From NCBI GenBank assembly GCA_035221665.1, contig CM069132.1, positions 97,960,001-98,024,000 of the forward strand: 64,000 nt of DNA. The letters are read 5' to 3'. The translations under genes were made by a program, and so were the position numbers. Every line of letters starts with the position of its first letter. Positions within the stretch are counted from its first letter, which is position 1. The stretch is from Okamejei kenojei. Its lineage: Eukaryota. The notes beneath the pieces are model-generated. The model had not been told where the DNA came from. It searched no databases and worked only from the letters and a program-made list of their open reading frames with translations. Shown here piece by piece: positions 42,187 through 55,327 of the stretch.

Positions 42187-45100
42187 GAGGCGCCCGGGGA
42201 GCCGTTGGTGCGAGAGGGTGGAGTTACCTGCGCTGTGAGTATAAATCTAGCGCGGGGCTTGCTTTTCACAGAGGCCCGGGGAGCCGTTGGTGCGAGGGGG
42301 TGGAGCTGCCTGTGCTGTGAGTATAAATCTAGCGCGGGGAGCCGTTGGTGCGAGAGGGTGGAGTTACCGGCGCTGTGAGTATATATCTAGCGCGGGGCTT
42401 TTTGCTGTGAGACTGAAATCTGCAACGGGGTAAGAGCGTTGTAAAAACAAGCCTGAAGGCTTTGTGTCTCAATGCAAGGAGTATTCGTAATAAGGTGAAT
42501 GAGTGGATAGCTATTAAAGATTATGATACAGTTGGAATCACGGAAACATGGCTCCAGGGTGACCAAGGCTGGGTGCTGAACATCCAGAGATATTCAATAT
42601 TCAGGAGGGATAGAGAGAAAGGAAAAGGAGGTGGGGTAGCATTGCTGGTTAGAGAGGAGATTAACGCAATGGAAAGGAAGGATATTAGCTTGGAGGATGT
42701 GGAATCGGTATGGGTAGAGCTGCAAAACACTAAAGGGCAGAAAACTCTGGTGGGTGTTGTGTACAGGCCACCTAACAGTAGTAGTGAAGTTGGGGATGGT
42801 ATCAACCAGGAAATTAGTAATGCGTGCGACAAAGGCAAAACAGTTATAATGGGCGACTTCAATCTACATATAGATTGGGTGAATCAAATCGGCAGGGGCA
42901 CTAAGGAAGAGGATTTTTTGGAATGTATGCGGGATAGTTTTCTAAATCAACATGTAGAGGAACCAACGAGAGAGCAGGCTATTTTAGATTGACTATTGAG
43001 TAATGAGGAAGGGTTAGTTAGCAGTCTTGTTGTACGTGCCCCCTTGGGCAAGAGTGAGCATGGTATGGTCGAGTTCTTCATTAGGATGGAGAGTGACATT
43101 GTTAATTCAGAAACAATGGTTCTGAACTTAAAGAAAGGTAACTTTGAGGGTATGAGATGTGAATTGGCCAAGATTGACTGGCAATCAATTCTAAAAGGGT
43201 TGACGGTGGATACGCAATGGAAGACATTTAAAGAATGCATTGATGAACTACAAAAATTGTTCATCCCAGTTTGGCAAAAGAATAAATCAGGGAAGGTAGC
43301 ACATCCGTGGATAACAAGGGAAATCAGGGATAATATCAAAGCAAAGGATGATGCGTACAAAGTAGCCAGAAAAAGCAGCCTACCAGAGGACTGGGAGAAA
43401 TTCAGAGACCAGCAGAGGAGGACAAAGGGCTTAATTAGGAAAGGAAAAATAGATTATGAAAGAAAACTGGCAGGGAACATAAAAACTGACTGCAAAAGTT
43501 TTTATAGATATGTTAAGAGAAAGAGATTAGTTAAAACAAATGTAGGTCCCTTGCAGTCAGAAACAGGTGAGTTGATCATGGGGATCAAGGATATGGCGGA
43601 CCAATTGAATAACTACTTTGGTTCTGACTTCACAAAGGAAGACATGAATAATCTGCCGGAAATAGCAGGGGACCGCGGGTTAAAGGAGGAATTGAGTGAA
43701 ATCCAGGTTAGTCGGGAAGTGGTATTGGATAAATTGAATGGATTAAAGGCCGATAAATCCCTAGGGCCAGATAGGCTGCATCCCAGAGTACTTAAGGAAG
43801 TAGCTCCAGAAATAGTGGATGCATTAGTGATAATCTTTCAAAACTCTTTAGATTCTGGAGTAGTTCCTGAGGATTGGCGGGTAGCAAACATAACCCCTCT
43901 TTTTAAGAAGGGAGGGAGGGAGGAAATGGGGAATTACAGACCAGTCAGTCTAACATCGATAGGGGGGAAACTGCTAGAGTCAGTTATTAAAGATGGGATA
44001 GCAGCACATTTGGAAAGTGGTGAAATCATTGGACAAAGTCAGCATGGATTTACGAAAGGTAAATCATGTCTGACGAATCTTGCGGAATTTTTCGAGGATG
44101 TAACTAGTAGCATGGATAGGGGAGAACCAGTAGATGTGGTGTACCTGGTCTTCCAGAAGGCTTTCGACAAGGTCCCACATAAGAGATTGGTATACAAACT
44201 TAAAGCATACGGCATTGGGGGTTCAGTATTGATGTGGATAGAGAACTGGCTGGCAAACAGGAAGCAAAGAGTAGGAGTAAACGGGTCTTTTTCACAATGG
44301 CAGGCAGTGACTAGTGGGGTACCGCAAGGGTCCGTGCTGGGACCCCAGTTGTTTACAATATATATTAATGATCTGGATGAAGGAATTGAAGGCAATATCT
44401 CCAAGTTTGCGGATGACACTAAGCTGGGGGGCAATGTTAGCTGTGAGGAGGATGCTAGGAGATTGCAAGGTGACTTGGATAGGCTGGGTGAGTGGGCAAA
44501 TGTTTGGCAGATGCAGTATAATGTGGATAAATGTGAGGTTATCCGCTGGTGGGAAAAACAGGAATGCAGACTATTATCTAAATGGTGGCCGATTAGGAAA
44601 AGGGGAGATGCAGCGAGACCTGGGTGTCATGGTACACCAGTCATTGAAAGTAGGCATGCAGGTGCAGCAGGCAGTGAAGAAAGCGAATAGTATGTTAGCT
44701 TTCATAGCAAAAGGATTTGAGTGTAGGAGCAGGGAGGTTCTACTTCAGTTGTACAGGGTCTTGGTGAGACCACACCTGGAGTATTGCGTACAGTTCTGGT
44801 CTCCAAATCTGAGGAAAGACATTATTGCCATAGAGGGAGTGCAGAGAAGGTTCACCAGACTGATTCCTGGGATGTCAGGACTGTCTTATGAAGAAAGACT
44901 AGATAGACTCGGTTTATACTCTCTAGAATTTAGGAGATTGAGAGGGGATCTTATAGAAACTTACAAAATTCTTAAGGGGTTGGACAGGCTAGATGCAGGA
45001 AGATTGTTCCCAATGTTGGGGAGGTCCAGGACAAGGAGTCACAGCTTAAGGATAAGGGGGAAATCCTTTAGGACTGAGATGAGAAGGACTTTTTTCACAC

Positions 45101-45342
45101 AGAGAGTGGTGGGTCTCTGGAACTCTCTGTCACAGAGGGTAGTGGAGGCCAGTTCATTGGCTATATTTAAGAGGGAGTTAGATGTGGCCCTTGTGGCTAG
45201 GGGGATCAGAGGGTATGGAGAGAAGGCAGGTACGGGATACTGAGTTGGATGATCAGCCATGATCATATTGAATGGCGGTGCAGGCTCGAAGGGCCGAATG
45301 GCCTACTCCTGCACCTAATTTCTATGTTTCTATGTTTCTATG
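42187..45342 (+). mobile_element. CR1 LINE with complete but disabled ORF2 (APE endonuclease plus RT), tandem-repeat 5' end, no ORF1
   Basis: APE motifs CLNARSIRNK, GITETWL, GGGVALLV, GVVYRPP, IMGDFN; RT motifs GVPQGSVLGP, KFADDTKL; stop at 42990-92, frameshift near 44545; (TTCTATGT)n tail. Confidence 0.97.
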
Positions 45343-46459
45343 ATAAAAACCTGATGTCATCGCTTCAATTACTTTGAGAAGGCAACACAGAACAGAAGTT
45401 GTGTTTTTTTCCTGTCTAAACAAAAGGTGTTTGTAAATATGTGTGACATGTTATTAGTGATAAGAGCGGAGGATTATTGTTTCCAGGCACTCCACAAACG
45501 AGGCCAATTTATTCATGGCCGTATAACCCAAAAAGTCACACAAGAGACTGCTTCATTTGAATACCAAGACAATATCATGGGAAACAACATCGCAATCTTG
45601 GTCACCATGAGCAACCACCTGCATCTGGTTATTGTTGATGCTGTTAACACTGATTTTGTAATCCTTTTTCAGATCTATAGAAATTAATGCAAAATTATTG
45701 TGCATTTTCACTTTCCATTTCCTGAACAATAGTCTCAAATTCACCATCATTACGTCGATGCCAGTACCCTGCAGCATTATAGATTACAATTTCCATCTGT
45801 TGGACTGACCACTGACTGCCTAGTTCAATAAAAATATCAGGTAAAGCAGATATGACATTGCCTAGGCAGGCATCCACATAATCATTGCCTCCAACAGCTT
45901 TATTTATTGTTTGCTGCTACAGCTGTGCTTCTGGCATAAAGGAACCACACTGCTCTCAGTTTATTATTTTCTCAGCACATTTACGAATGGCATGTTCAGT
46001 TCAGATTTGATTTTGCTGCAAGGTATAGTCAGATTGACACAGTATTTTTTAATCTTGCTTTATATTTTTTGATAAGAAACGGGGTAATGCATTCAGGAAC
46101 AGTGAGTAATTAAATGCTATTAATCAAATTGCAAAATGCCATGAAAGCTGAACGTCTAAAATAAAAAGAAAATTCAGGGAACAGCACCTTTGCCCAGATC
46201 ATTACTGACTTCATTTACTTCAGAAATTGTGTCACTACAGATCTTGTCCTAACTCAGATTTACCAAAACACTGCATGGTACGTTTTACCCATTTATGACC
46301 TTTTAAGCCCAAAGAAGATATTTATTTCATCCTGACTCTACGTTTCACTTTCTTCATCTATTATCCACCCAACTACACCTGAAATTCTGCTGAATTTTTC
46401 CACCAATTGGACATCCACAAGGTATCATGGATCACCAACAGCAGCAGAAGTGTACGCAA

Positions 46460-46738
46460 CCAAGTGTAGAAGCGGTAGAGTTGCCAGTTTACAGCGCCAG
46501 AGACCCGGATTCGGTCCTGACTACAGGTGTTGAGTGTACTGAGTTTGAACGTTCTCTCTGTGACTGTGTGCGTTTTCTCCGGGTGCTCCAGTTTCCTTCC
46601 ATATTCCAAAGGCAAGCAGGTTTGTAGGTTAATTGGAATCTGTAAAAACTGTCCCTAGTGTGTTTGATCAATGGTTGGCGTGGACTCGATGGGCCAAAAG
46701 GCCTGTTTCCAAGCTGTATTTCTAAAACCAAATCTAAA
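46460..46738 (+). mobile_element. V-SINE (HE1-like)
   Basis: tRNA-like head (gcggtagagttg…acccggattcggtcc), V-domain core, CR1-like tail. Confidence 0.78.
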
Positions 46739-47393
46739 ACCACAATATGTAACCTCATCGCCCAACTTCCCATCCTTGCTATGCCAATTGCCACAGGGGT
46801 TAAGCATTCTCTACAGAGAAATACCAGGAGCAATACCAGTTGTATCAATTGGTGAAATTGCATCACTGGGCATGCGTACAAAAACAGCATAAATAGTATG
46901 CATAGAGTGAGTGATTTTAAAATCAGTGAATCAGATGAAAGCTCTCCAATCTTCCCACAATGTACCCATAGTGGTGGTGGAAATTTAAACATCTAACGGG
47001 AAGCAGATACTCCAAGAAGATCCAACCTCAAGAATGGCAGGGCCCAGCACACAAGTGTTTGAGACGAGGCTGAAGCAATTGAAACCATGCTCAGCTAAAT
47101 GTGCCAAAAGTCAATAAATCTTAGCCTCTTTGTGAGATCAGAACGCAGTCATCAGTTAATGCAATGCAGAGCCACCACTTTACAAAGGCAATTTGAAATA
47201 GGCACTCATTGCTGGCCGGGTCAACAATACTCAGATAAAAAAAGAGTAAATTAAAAAAAAACTTAGTTTCATTGGTTTAACGACCTCATCGTAATGCTTA
47301 TCCAATCCCTCTGTTTCTCTGCTCCCCAACAAGAAATCTTGGTGGTTTCTTGAACAGAGGGTAAATAAACCACTATTCATTATTCCTGACTTA

Positions 47394-47668
47394 CAGTGCC
47401 GGAGTCCCAGGTTTGATCCTGACTATGGGTGCTGTCTGTACGGAGTTTGTACGTTCTCCCCGCGACCACGTGGGTTTTCTCCGAGATCTTCGGTTTCCTC
47501 CCACACTCCAAAGACGTGCAGGTTTGTAGGTTAATTGGCTTGGTAAATGTAAAAATTGTCCTTATGTGTTGTGTGTAGGATAGTGTTAATATGCGGGGAT
47601 TGCTTGTCGGCGCGGACCCGTTGGGCCGAAGGGCCTGTTTTCGCGCTGCATCTCTAAACTAAACTAAA
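47394..47668 (+). mobile_element. V-SINE (HE1-like)
   Basis: ggagtttgtacgttctcccc…ggtttcctcccacactcc core; (CTAAA)n tail. Confidence 0.85.
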
Positions 47669-48929
47669 GTGGAAAGACATTATGAAGCCGCTGCGTGTAT
47701 CAGCAGCAGCTGGTGCCTTTGCCAGTCAGTACGATGCAAGGGGATTATTGCTGAGTCCTTGCAATGAAGGTTGTGTCATCTCCGAAGTGAACGTCATGGT
47801 CTCATGGCTCTAATAAAAGTATGGAGAAAGTCTCTTCCAGTTTTCTTGACAACTCCTTTCCCAGTCATTTGGGCGTCACAAAATGTTCATCAATTGCTGC
47901 ATCTGCACCAACCTTGTCAGTAAAGCATCCTAGTCATGGCCTTTTTAGATTCCTCTAGTATAGATAAATGGATTTGGATCACCTCCAGCATCAGATTCTC
48001 AGGACTGCTCCAGCATAGTATCTCTCTCTCTTGACACTAGCTCTTCCAATCAATCTTGCTGACTTGTGGTGGTGAGGTGGGATGTCAGATGCAGAAGCAC
48101 ACTGCGTCATCATCATTATCATTCCGTGACCATTACTGGAAGAGTCTTCTTCCACTCTTCCCTCCACTCCTTCAACTTCTTCAACTCCTGCTGTTCTTCC
48201 TACCCTGCAGTCCTGCTATTCTGATGAGCAGGAAAACATGTCTCTCCTCATTTTGAACACTGTTTTTCAATCCTGGGTGAAAAAAACAAGCCATCTCCTG
48301 CTAATTTTTACCCAGTCAATCGCACAAAACAACCCTTTCTCCATCTACTCCATTTACACTTCACACTGCCTCGGGAAAGAAGCTGATATAATCAAGACCA
48401 TTTTTACCCCAATTATTCCCTCTTCTCCCTTCTCCTGTCAGGCAGAAGATACAAGTGTCTCAGGTGTCTGAGCAGCCAATTTGATTTTCTCCATATGATC
48501 TAAAGGCCATGGGACAAGAAAACAAGCTGGCTGTGGTACTGAGGACTTGAGATATACATTCAGCCAGACTATTTCAGTACCACTACATCCAATTATCAGC
48601 AAAGTGATGGAAGAAGTCTTTGACTGTGTTATTACATGACATTTGCTGACGTGGTCACACACCCCAGGTTTTTGTTTTTCCTGGACCACTTGACTCTAAC
48701 CCTCCAACACACAACACTCAACAGCAAACATGCACCCAATTGCTTAATTACAAAGGTGAGATGAGAATGATTGCTAAACACATCAAGATACCATTTGACC
48801 GAGTGTGGCATCAAGGAGCCCTTGTAGAACTAAAATCAATGGGCAGCAAAAAGAAAGCACGTTAATACTCAGTGTCATATCTCACACAAAGGAATAAAAA
48901 CAGAAACTGCAATGGATTTGCAGTATTTT

Positions 48930-49237
48930 GTTAGAGATATAGCGCAGATATAGGCCCTTTGGCCCACGGAGTCCGGACTGACCAGCGATCCCCGCACATT
49001 AAACACTATCCTACACACATTAGGGACAATTTACACCTACACTAAGCCAATTAACCTACATACCTGTACATCTTTGGAGAGTGGCAGGAAACCGAAGATC
49101 TCCGAGAAAACTCACGTGGTCACGGGGAGAATGTACAAACTCCGTATAGACAGCACGCGTAGTTGGATCAAACCCATTTCTCCGGCGTTGCATTCGCTGT
49201 CAGGCAACAACCCTACCGCTACGCCACCGTGACCGCC
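48930..49237 (-). mobile_element. V-SINE (HE1-like)
   Basis: Same family as 47394-47668 in reverse orientation. Confidence 0.82.
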
Positions 49238-49609
49238 ATAGTAGTATCTCCAGGCAGGGATTTGATTAAAAAAAACACAGTTGCTTCAAATGCTTCATTG
49301 AAAATTGTTCAATTATTTTACCCTTGTGTTCTTTTTGTTAATCAGTATCAAATTTGAAGTTCATTGCTGTATATTTTGAGGTAATTTGCCAAAGCAGGTA
49401 AATTATTAAGAATAATTGCTGCACACAAACTATTCCTGAACAGCGACTCTTTGCTATTTTCTCGAATTCTATATAGCTTATACAAATACGAATCATCAAA
49501 TTGATCAATTGAAGATAAAGATTACGGAGGATAAATCTTAATGATTTGCAAGGAGAATGAAAATTCTTCTAAGTATTGCATTACATTTGACAGAATCAAG
49601 TTATCAATA

Positions 49610-51130
49610 TCAAATGTGTCAGCCTCGATAACAATCAGCACGGGAGCACCTCAAGGCTGCATGCTCAGCCCCCTGCTGTACTCACTCTATACTCAAGACT
49701 GCGTAGCCGGTCAAAGTGCGAACTCCATCATCTAGTTTGCTGACGACACCACTGTTGTGGGACATATCACTGATGGGGATGAGTCAGAGTATAGAAGAGA
49801 GATCGAGCAACTGTCCATATGGTGCCAGCACAATAACCTGGCCCTCAACGCCAGCAAAACCACGGAACTGATTGTGGACTTTGGAAGGAGTGGGATGGGG
49901 ACCCACAGTCCCGTTTATATCAACGGGTCGATGGTTGAAAGGGTCAAGAGCTTCAAATGCCCGGGAGTGCACATCTCTGAAGATCTTTCCTGGTCCGAGA
50001 ACACTAATGCAATTATCAAGAAAGCACATCAGCGCCTCTACTTCCTGAGAAGATTATGGAGAGATGGTTTGTCAAGGAGGACTCTCTCTAACTTCTACAG
50101 GTGCACAGTAGAGAGCTTGCTGACTGGTTCCATTGTGGCTTGGTTTGGCAACTTGAGCGCCCTGGAGAGGAAAAGACTTCAAAAAGTAGTAAACACTGCC
50201 CAGTCCATTATTGGCTCTGACCTTCCTTCGATCGAGGGGATTTTTTTTTTTTAATAATATTTTTATTAGAAGTAATCCATCATAACAACGGTATAACAAC
50301 TTTTCAAATACACAAACAACTTAATTCAATAAGTATACGAATGTTACAAATAATTCTTATAAACATTCTATTTTTTAGAAAGTAGAAAGTATTTTTTAGA
50401 AAGAAAAGAATAGATTTTAATCAATAAGAATGGTGATTAAATAATAATTTTGATTATATAGGGAGAGAAAGAGAAGAGAAAAAAAAGAAAAAAGAGAAGA
50501 AAGAAAAGAAAAAAAAAGATTATAGTATATATTATTCATCTTAATAGTGAATAACACAATTTCAAATAACAATATCAATAGAGACATGCATACAAATCCA
50601 AAAAAAAAAGGAATTATTTTCATCTAATCCTGCCGGGTATCCATTGAGTTGTGATGCCAAGAACAGTTACCCCTTCAAATATTCTGTATGTGGAGACCAT
50701 ATCTGTTCAAAGAGTTCGTATTTGTCCTATCGAGGGGATTTATCGCAGTCGCTGCCTCAAAAAGGCTGGCAGCATCATCAAGGACCCACACTATCCTGGC
50801 CACACACTCATCTCTCTGCTACCTTCAGGTAGAAGGTACAGGAGCCTGAAGACTGCAACGACAAAGTTCAGGAATAGCTACTTCCCCACAGCCATCAGGC
50901 TATTAAACCTGCCTCGGACAATACTATGATCATTAATAACGCATTATCTGTTATCTGTTATTTGCACTTTATCAGTTTATTTATTCATGTGTGTATGTAT
51001 TTATATAATGACACATGGACACACTGATCTGTTTTGTAGTAAATGCCTACTATGTTCTGCGTGCCGAAGCAAAGCAAGAATTTCACTGTCCTATCAGGGA
51101 CACATGACAATAAACTCACTTGAACTTGAA
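49610..51130 (+). mobile_element. Rex1/Babar-type LINE, 5'-truncated, interrupted by an L1-type fragment
   Basis: STGAPQGCMLSPLLYSLYTQDC, FADDT, KKAHQRLYFLRRL, LLPSGRRYRSL…FRNSYFPTAIRLLN; AATAAA followed by (ACTTGA)n tail. Confidence 0.92.
50244..50728 (-). mobile_element. L1/Tx1-type LINE 3' fragment with poly(A) tail
   Basis: 13-bp TSD atcgaggggattt at 50231-50243 and 50729-50741; poly(T) on the plus strand; minus strand reads DKYELFEQIWSPHTEYLKG*, resembling an L1 ORF2 C-terminus. Confidence 0.8.
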
Positions 51131-51410
51131 TAAATCAAAGGATCTGAACAGCACTGTGCTGTAGTTAGTGGAATCTTAACCAAGTTGATTTAAAGTAGCA
51201 AAATATGCTAAATGTAGGAAAGTGACATAATCTTGGTCCATACTGAAAGTAAAAAAATATCCTGAGGACCTACAGTATGTGCTGCAGTGAAACTGGCTTG
51301 GCAATGATTTTTGTTCTAGTTTTCAGGACAGTTATGAACTTCAAGGTGACTATGTTAAAAAGGCAAAAGCCTATCCTGACTATGTAGGAATCCAGTTGGA
51401 CAGTAGCTAG

Positions 51411-51544
51411 TGTGTATGAAGGAACTGCAGATGCTGATTTAAATCAAAAATAGACACAAAATGCTGGGGTGACTCAGCAGGACAGGCAGCATCTCTGGAG
51501 AGAAGGAATGGATGACATTTTGGTCAAGTCTGAAGAAGGATCTC
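51411..51544 (-). mobile_element. Penelope-terminus mini-element
   Basis: 13-bp TSD ggacagtag(c/t)tag at 51398-51410 and 51545-51557. Confidence 0.75.
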
Positions 51545-53319
51545 GGACAGTAGTTAGAGGTGGCTTTTGAATATGCTCTATGGGGACTGTGTCCTGATGC
51601 CAGCAAAGTATACTCACTGTTCATGTTAGTATACTTACTTTGCTGACTGGATAAAAATCTATTTCCTCGGGATTCTGGGATTCTCCAAATAAGAATAATT
51701 AGCCAATCGTGAAAGTCAATTTAGATCAAACTATGCATAGGTAAACCTTCAAGTCACTTTCCTTTAATAATGTTTTGCATACAGCCTTTCATTTTCTGGT
51801 TGCAGCTTGCAGCTTATTTTTTTCCAGTCCAAATTTAGAAATAGTATTTATTTCCAATAATGTAATGATTTTGAATATTTGAAGGTGATATCAAGGCCAT
51901 CATCTGAGCCAGGTAACATAATTAGTCTTTGAACTGAATCTTCAACAGTTTATAGTTTAATTTCAAATCATTTGGCTACCTTGAATGCACTTCCTGACAT
52001 TTAGAATTAATGATTTGTGTTTTCAGTTCCCAGTTTTGGAAATACAAATACAGAAAATGTTGGGTACACTCAGCTGGCTAAACAACATCTGTGGAGAGGG
52101 AAGCAAAAGTTAATGCTTCAAGTCAATGACCTGATGAAAGAGCAGAGTTTTGCAAATTTTGGAACTGATCTAAACCTGTTTCAGACTTAGATGGATCCTT
52201 TGGTCCGGTTGGGAATGGGAATGATTGAGGAAGGAAGATGGGCAAGAAGGAGGAAGCTATGTGGAGGGAATGAAGAGCTAATTGGGAGAGGGTTATGTGG
52301 ACATCAGAATTGGTCCATTGCATTGTAGTTGAGGCAGGAGGAGCACTTCCGCATTACTTGGCTCAAATTTCACTTCTACAGTTTACAAGAAACTTTTCTG
52401 TAATGATGGCCTCACGGTATCTTCAAAAACTATTGGCTTTTCTCCATATAAAACGTATTTTTCTGAACACAGCCATCCTAGTATTATAGAGGATCCCCAA
52501 ACAGACATTAGGATTTTGATTGGAATATATGGGGGAGCAATCTCTGACAGACACAGAACAGGATACGGAATGTATGTCATTTTATTGCAGTGGCAGGCAG
52601 TATCTTATGGGGTATGTCTGGGGTCAATGTTTGGAGACCAGATGTTCATATATTTAAACAAGTTAACTGAATAGACAAGCAGCAAACAAAGAATTGTAAA
52701 CGCTGGTTAACACACACAAGGACACAAAGTACTGGTGTAACTTAGTAGGTCAGGCAACACCTCTGGATAACATGGATAGGTGACATTTCGGGTCGAGACC
52801 CCTCATTAGACACGTACAAGCAGTATAACATGAACAGATGCGAGCTAAGAAAAAAAAAACAGAATGTGTCCTATTTAAATAGTAATAGATTGGGCAATGT
52901 TAGAGAATAAAGTGACTTGTGCATTCTTATTCACCAGTAACTGAAGGCAAGTATGCAGGTGTAGCAGGCAGTTAAGAAAGCAAAAGGTATGTTGGATTTA
53001 ATTGAAAGGGATTTTGAGCACAGGAGCAAGGATGCTCGCTGCAATTATACAGGGCCAAGGTGAGATGGCACCTGGATTACTGAAAGTACAGGGGAGGGAA
53101 CTGGAGGTAGTAAAAGGCCAGAACATTTCAGGACCGGCAACAGATGACCAAGGAATTGCGGAGCCCATAACAGCAAATTTGTGTTAAAACATGGTCCTGA
53201 CCCGCTGAGTTATTCCACCACTTCATGTCTATCTTCGGTATAAACCAGCATCTACAGTTCCTACCTACACATTTTGTCTGCTCCTCTGCAAAATCTCCTC
53301 AAGGTATGCCTACTTTGAA

Positions 53320-54275
53320 TCCGCTACGACGGGAGTTCAGTGATTTTTTTTTGTCATTGTTTTTCTTTTGTTTTTTGGGGGTTTTTTTTGGTGTGTCTAA
53401 TGTTAGTTTAGGTGTCTATTGATGTGTCTTGTGTGGGGGGTGGTGGGGAGGGGAAAGGGGGAAACCGTTTTTGGTCGTCTCCTCCACGGAGAGGCGACTT
53501 TTTCCATGTCGCCTCCGTCGCCGCCTAACAGCATGGATTGGAGCGGCCTTTCCCGGAGTATCAGCAACAGGCGCAACGTGGCATTTTCCATCACGGAGTG
53601 GGCGAACCCTTGCCGGAGGTCGCCAGAGAGGAATGCTCCGATTGCTGGCCTGGAGACTTTGGCACCGTGGGGGCTGTGGTTTGCTGAGCTTCTAGCCGCG
53701 GGCGTGGCGTGGACTTGCCATCTGGAGCCCGGGATCCCTTGCCGGGGATTACCAGAAAAGAGCTCCGACCGCCGGCCGGCGGCCTATAACATCCTGAAGC
53801 CGCGGTCTGCGGAGCTTCTAGCCGCGGGCGTGGCGTGGACTTACCATCTGGAGCCTGGGATCCCTTGCCGGGGATTACCAGAGAAGAGCTCCGACCTCGG
53901 CCCGTGGCCTATAACATCCTCTAATATCCTGAAGCCGTGGTCTCTGGTAGGAAAGTGACGATTCGGGACCGCCAAGCCACGGAGACTGTTTGACCATCCC
54001 AACGTCAGAGTTTTGATCTTCACAACGAGGGGGCCTATACATCGGGCTGTCCATAGTGGTGACTATGAGGGTTTATGGCACTGACCACAGGTGAACAAAG
54101 GAGGAGGACTGGCTGAACTTTGTCGCCTTCCACCACAGTGAAGAATCATGTGGTGGATGTTTGTGTTAAATGTTATTATGTATTGTGTGTTCTATTAAGT
54201 GTATCGTTGCTGGAAAATTCATTTCACCGCACCTTCGGGTGCATGTGATGAATAACATTTATATTGACTTTAACT
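53320..54275 (+). mobile_element. GC-rich non-coding retroposon with an internal ~126-bp tandem duplication
   Basis: gagcttctagccgcgggcgtggcgtggactt… at about 53686 and 53812; 3' hairpin ccaccacagtg…tgtggtgg shared with 12907. Confidence 0.6.
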
Positions 54276-55062
54276 TTGTCCTCTTCCACTGCTCCCTCTC
54301 TGTGATTCCTACTGCTCTCGAGCTCTACAACCAGGACCATGTTTTAACCCAGACTCGCTATTATGAGCTCCACCCTTCCTTGGTCATCAGTTGCTGGCCC
54401 TGATATGTTCTGGCCTTTTCCTACCTCCAGCTCCCTCCCCTCTACTTTCAGTCTGAAGAAGGGTTCCGAACCGAAATGCCACCCATCCTTTTTCTCCAGA
54501 GATGCTGCCTGACCCGCTGATTAACACCAGCATTTTGTGCCTGTACTTTTCTATGTTCTATAGGCCAATGTTTCTTTCCAATTGGCCATACTATTGCAGT
54601 CAATATTAGTTTAGTTTAGTTTAGAAATATAGCTTGGAAACAGGCCCTCGGCCCACCAAATCCATGCCAACCAATGATCACCCATACACTAGTTCAATCC
54701 TATAGGCCAGGAACAATTTACAGAAGCCAATTAACCTACAACCTGTACGTCTTTGGAAGGTGAGGGAAGCCGGCATTTTAAAAAACAACTTTACTGCTGC
54801 AATTATAATGGTCCGATTCCGTTCCATGTTAAGTCCCTTTAGTCATTAGTCAATAATCATTTCTTGGATGGGCAGTCCACCCACACTGTCCAAATGACCG
54901 TCCATCCAGAGTAACATCATTGGTTCATCTTTATGCTGGGTGGAAATTCCTTTGCACCTCAATTCGAATATATGGCGACCAAGCAGAAGCTTAGGAAAAT
55001 AATGTCAGGTCACCTTTATCATCCGAAAAATTAATAAGAAACTCTGGTAACTGTTAAAAGTT

Positions 55063-55327
55063 TTAGTTTAGTTTAGTTTAGAGAAACAGTGCAGAAACAG
55101 GCCCTTCACCCCACAGACTAGCACACTAACACTATCCCACACACACTAAAGACAATTTACAATTTTACCAAATGTAAACCTGCACATCTTTGGAGGGTGG
55201 GAGGAAATCAGAACACCCGGAGAAAACCCAGTCACAGGGAAAACGTACAAACTCTGTACGGACAGCACCTGTAGTCAGGATGGAACTGTACGGCAGCTAT
55301 TCTACCTCTGCACCACCGTGCCGTCCC
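55063..55327 (-). mobile_element. V-SINE (HE1-like)
   Basis: (TTTAG)n tail and V-domain core; a further truncated copy lies at about 54607-54775. Confidence 0.8.

Noticed and set aside
46465-46525. tRNA-like A/B boxes here and in the other SINE heads
   Set aside because: Degenerate SINE heads attached to a V-domain and CR1-like tail, not functional tRNA genes.
53419-53958. 179-aa ORF with an internal repeat (ELLAAGVAWT…)
   Set aside because: Arises from a 126-bp tandem duplication in a GC-rich retroposon; no recognisable domain.
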